From positions 39,804,001 through 39,868,000 of the forward strand of contig OZ024757.1 of assembly GCA_964016885.1 (NCBI GenBank): a DNA stretch of 64,000 bases, given 5' to 3'. The notes below the pieces were generated by a model that did not search any database, was not told the DNA's origin, and was given only the letters and a program-made list of their open reading frames with translations. Source of the DNA: Eledone cirrhosa (lineage: Eukaryota). This document shows positions 58,776-64,000 of the stretch, piece by piece; position 1 is the stretch's first letter; each line of letters opens with the position of its first letter. The translations under genes were made by a program, and so were the position numbers.

Positions 58776-59201
58776 TCTGTCTGCCTCACCATCTCTATCT
58801 CCCACTCTCACCTCTATAACTTGTCCTCTATCTACCACTCTCTCTGTCCGTCTCTTCTTGAGCCATACTCCACCAAATGAATTATATGTACCAGTTAATT
58901 GAACTTGCCGCCTTTGTCCCATGATATACGACCACAAATCTTAACAAAATTTACAGGAAATACACAAACGTGTACAAAGCAATCTTTCTTTTTATCCTAA
59001 CGTTCAGAGAAACAAACAAACAATGGTGAACGGATAAATGAACATACATATACATAGTCACATACACACATACAGACACATATAAACGTATAGACACACA
59101 TAGACACATACAGATGCACACAAATACTCAGACACACGCACATACATACTCACTCATGCACATACGTGCACGTATATACGCGCTCCGTTTCAAACACGTA
59201 T

Positions 59202-59232
<31 letters not shown>

Positions 59233-59260
59233 TATACATACTCACTCATGCCTACGCGTG

Positions 59261-59310
<50 letters not shown>

Positions 59311-60734
59311 TATAGCCTCACTCTTTCTCTATTACACACAGACACACACCACACACAATATATATATATATATATATATATACATACATACACACACAAA
59401 CAAACATACATAAAGGTTAATTGAGAGGAAGCTTGTACAACAACAAATGCAATAAAAATAGGAACAGCAACAAGAAACAACTCCTCTCCCCCACCAAGCC
59501 GTCCTCGCTGCCACCCCCTCCTCAACGCCACCCTCTTTTCCCTTAGAAAAACAAAGAAACTAAACAAACAATAAAATATAAAACATGAAATAAAAATCCC
59601 AATATATATATTATTGTACTTGTGAAATGTATTAATCCTTCACTCCTTATTTATTTCGGTTCAGTAAATGTTGGATGAGGAAAAGATATCACGTGGTATT
59701 AAGTACATGCTCAATTTACCAATAATACCACAGACAAATCCCAAAATATTAATAATTTAAATCATTTTTTCGGAGGTGGTTCGGCTATATTTTACAAGAG
59801 TTCGTTAAGGTGAAATAAAAATACATTGTGTGCTTTTTTGTTTCGTCTTTTGGTAGAGTCTATGTTGATATTTATTTTTGCTCTTTTTGCTGTGTTTTCT
59901 TTTAGGTGGTTTCACCCCTGGCCTCGTCCAGCCCTTCCCTAATACTCTAAGTCCAGTCTGAGACAACTCGACGTCATGAAATCATCCTATGAAATAATTA
60001 TTTATTGTATTGTAATATGATAAAAAGAATTTCAGTGCATTTAATAATGACTCGCTTTATAACCCGATCAAGCATGACCGCTACTTTATGCCAATTCAGT
60101 GCCATTGCTGATAAACGTCCATTTTCATGTCTGTTATGCTTTTATTAATATTATTATTATTGTTATTATTAATGTTATTATTATTTTTCTTTCTTTTTTT
60201 CCAGATTTTTCGCTTCGCCTTTCAAGACTTCAAGAAGCAGAATAGGAGGCTCTTTATTTAGAGATAAAGAAAAAATGTTTTTTTAATAATGTAGCCTCAT
60301 AGATCAGTGCAATATCTTCTGAAATTATTTACGGGATGAATAGAGTAAGTTATTTAGTGTGGTTCATAATCGAATTGTCAAACCAAACATGAAATAAATC
60401 TAGTTGTACTACATATGATAGATATGAAGTTTATAAGTCTGAAGGAGGAACCGAGCAGGAGAAATTGTCTGTGGTAGACACATTTTATATTTCTGAGTGT
60501 TTATATACACATCATCATCATCTTGTTCAGGCAACTGGTGCAGCCAGTCTTTGGTGTGTCACACAAGACGGTTTTGCAGTCAGTTGCCGCCATTGGTGTC
60601 TGCTCTCCGTTATACTAGTACAGTCTTCACCGCCCTCCCTCGACTGTGCCGTGAAGGGTGGTTCTGGACAAGGAGTTGTGGAGGATATATGACCATACCA
60701 TATATAGGAATTTGGTTGGTATGGTCATATATCC

Positions 60735-60952
60735 CTCCACAGTTCCTTGTCCATCAAATCGGACCGAGGAAACAATGCTTCCATCGGTCTTTCCAATTGC
60801 TAATATTATCTATCGTCGCAACTCCAGGTAGAAGGAGCAACGTGAAATAAAGTGTCTTGCTCAAGGCCATAACGCATCACTCGGTCCAGGAATCGAACTC
60901 ACAATCTCAAGACTGTGAATCCAATTCTCTAACCACTCAGCCACACGCCTTC
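60735..60952 (-). mobile_element. tRNA-derived SINE related to family 2
   Basis: gagcaacgtgaaataaagtgtcttgctcaagg...ggaatcgaactc...taaccactcagccacacgcct (reverse tRNA head). Confidence 0.7.
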
Positions 60953-60953
60953 A

Positions 60954-61024
<71 letters not shown>

Positions 61025-61639
61025 GACTTTTCTCTATACATACAATATTCAGCTGTTTACAGCTATCCTTCGCGCTGAGAATATTTACATTTCATATATA
61101 TATATATATATATACAGGAAAGAGGGGATTTGTGGGACTAGGACGCCAGATGTCTTAACCATCCTGGGTTCAACGAGAAAGCTATCAGAAAGCGATCAAC
61201 ACTTCAATAGTTGGCGATTTTCAAACAATGTCAACCAGTAATAAGGGTTTTGTCTCCTAGATAAACTAGTAAATTTAGGCTGTGTGGTATTAGAAGAGTT
61301 GATACAAAAATAAAACATTAAATTAGCGAAAAAGTTTCATGAAACTATGAACATTTTACAACTACTAAACGAAACATTTCGCGTAGCCTGCTGGTCTGTT
61401 CAGGAAAAAGAAACCTGAAAACAGTATTATGCACCAAATGGCATGAAAGTCACGGAACTATTTGTCAGAGGGGAGTTTTATGAGTTAAGCAACTCCAGGC
61501 ATGTAAGTTATAAATGGCGTACAAGCACAACAGGAAGTATATAACATAACGGATGTTAGGGTTAGCGGATATTTGTGATGTCGATCAAAAGTACTCCATA
61601 GAATATATCATGACACATATATGTGCCTATGTTAGCAGC

Positions 61640-61673
<34 letters not shown>

Positions 61674-61829
61674 ATATATATATATATATATGTATATATC
61701 TTTGCACATATGCGAGAACATAACACCTACATAGAAATATTTGTAAATACATTACGTACACACATTCCCTCTCTCTACATTTATATATATGTCTCTCTCT
61801 CTCTCTATATATATATATATAATATACAT

Positions 61830-62284
61830 ATATAATATATATAATATATAAATATATATAATATATAAATATAATATATATATATATATAATATATAAAT
61901 ATAATATAATATATAAATATAATATATATATATATATAATATATAAATATAATATAATATATATATATAATATATATATATATATAATATATAAATATAA
62001 TATAATATATATATATATATAATATATATATATATATAATATATAAATATAATATAATATATATATATATATAATATATATATATATATAATATATAAAT
62101 ATAATATAATATATATATATATATAATATATATATATATATAATATATAAATATAATATAATATATATATATAATATATATATATATATAATATATAAAT
62201 ATAATATATAAATATAATATAATATATATATATAATATATATATATATATAATATATATATATAATATATAAATATAATATAAT

Positions 62285-62318
<34 letters not shown>

Positions 62319-62994
62319 ATATATATAATATATATATATATATATATAAATATAATATATATATATATAATATATATATATATATAATATATATATATAT
62401 AATATATATATATATATATAATATATATATATAATATATATATATATAATATATATATATAATATATATATATATAATATATATATATAATATATATATA
62501 TATATAATATATATATATATATATAATATATATATAATATATATATATATAATATATAATATATATATATAATATATATATATAATATATATATATATAT
62601 AATATAATATATATATATAATATATAATATATATAATATATATATATATATATAATATATAATATATATAATATATATATATATAATATATATATATAAT
62701 ATATATATATATATAATATATATATAATATATATATATATAATATATATATATATATAATATATATATATATATAATATATATATAATATATATATATAT
62801 ATAATATATATATATATAATATATATATATATAATATATATAATATATATATATATAATATATATATATATATATAATATATATAATATATATATATATA
62901 ATATATATATATAATATATATATATATATAATATATATATATATATAATATATATATATATAATATATATAATATATATATATATATAATATAT

Positions 62995-63028
<34 letters not shown>

Positions 63029-63515
63029 ATATAATATATATATATAATATAATATATATATATAATATAATATATATATATAATATAATATATATATATA
63101 ATATAATATATATAATATATATATAATATATAAATATAATATATATATAATATATAATATATAATATATATAATATAATATATAATATATATATATATAA
63201 TATATATAATATATAATATATATATATAATATATATAATAAATATATATAATATTTACATATATAATATATATAATATATATATATATAATATATATAAT
63301 ATATATATATAATATTTATATATATAATATATATATATATTTATATATATAATATATATATATATATAATATATATATATAATATATATATATAATATAT
63401 ATATATAATATATATATATATATAATATATATATATAATATATATATAATATATATATATATAATATATATATATATATAATATATAATATATATAATAT
63501 ATATATATATATAAT

Positions 63516-63549
<34 letters not shown>

Positions 63550-63627
63550 ATATATATATATAATATATATATATAATATATATATAAAATATATATATAT
63601 AATATATATATAATATATATTATATAT
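61830..63627. repeat. About 1.8 kb almost pure A/T (TA/TAA) array
   Basis: Only a single C seen (about 63258). Confidence 0.96.
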
Positions 63628-64000
63628 CCATAAAGAAATACCTCCCTTTGGGTGACTTTATCTAGGCTAGTTAAAGTGTGTGAATATCTCAATGTATCTA
63701 TATATATACATATATATATATATATGTGCGTGTGTGTGTATATATATGCAACTGTCCGTCTGTAAATGTGTGTCTATATATGTTAGTAAGGTCTTACATA
63801 CAAACATACATATATACATATATACCTATATATATACAACTGCATGTGTGTAAATGTGTGTCTATATGTGTAAGGTCTTACATGCCAACATACATATATA
63901 TAATATATATAATATATAGTAATAATAATATATATATATAGTAATAATAATAAATTTGACGACTAAAATCCAAAGAGGGCTCGATATGGATAAATATATA

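Noticed and set aside
59790-59990. Minus-strand frame DVELSQTGLRVLGKGW resembling the end of an iGluR ATD
   Set aside because: In-frame stop just upstream, the nearby acceptor is followed by that stop in this frame, and no suitable donor was seen.

Overview
AT-rich eukaryotic genomic DNA, most likely an octopus (inferred from SINEs resembling the Octopus OK/OR families and very large (TA)n arrays). The only host gene recognised is a kainate-type ionotropic glutamate receptor on the minus strand. Five GT-AG exons (48152->7828) splice in frame from the ATD/S1 linker through S1, M1-M3 and S2; the N-terminal and M4 exons were not found. The introns, including a 33.5 kb intron right after the MQQG (Q/R) site, hold microsatellites, SINEs, RTE and R4/Dong LINE fragments, a deleted DD37D (maT) transposon and a 5'-truncated Naiad-type Penelope-like element (PLE) with a hammerhead ribozyme (HHR). 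Most notable are more than 20 short insertions in (TA)n tracts from roughly ten unrelated families. They share a hairpin-plus-tail layout, and many carry type I HHR motifs with palindromic helix III, including variant cores. In several families the inversion apex lies at an HHR helix. Nearly all long IY/YI ORFs in the ORF track are microsatellite artefacts. All structures were folded and aligned by eye.
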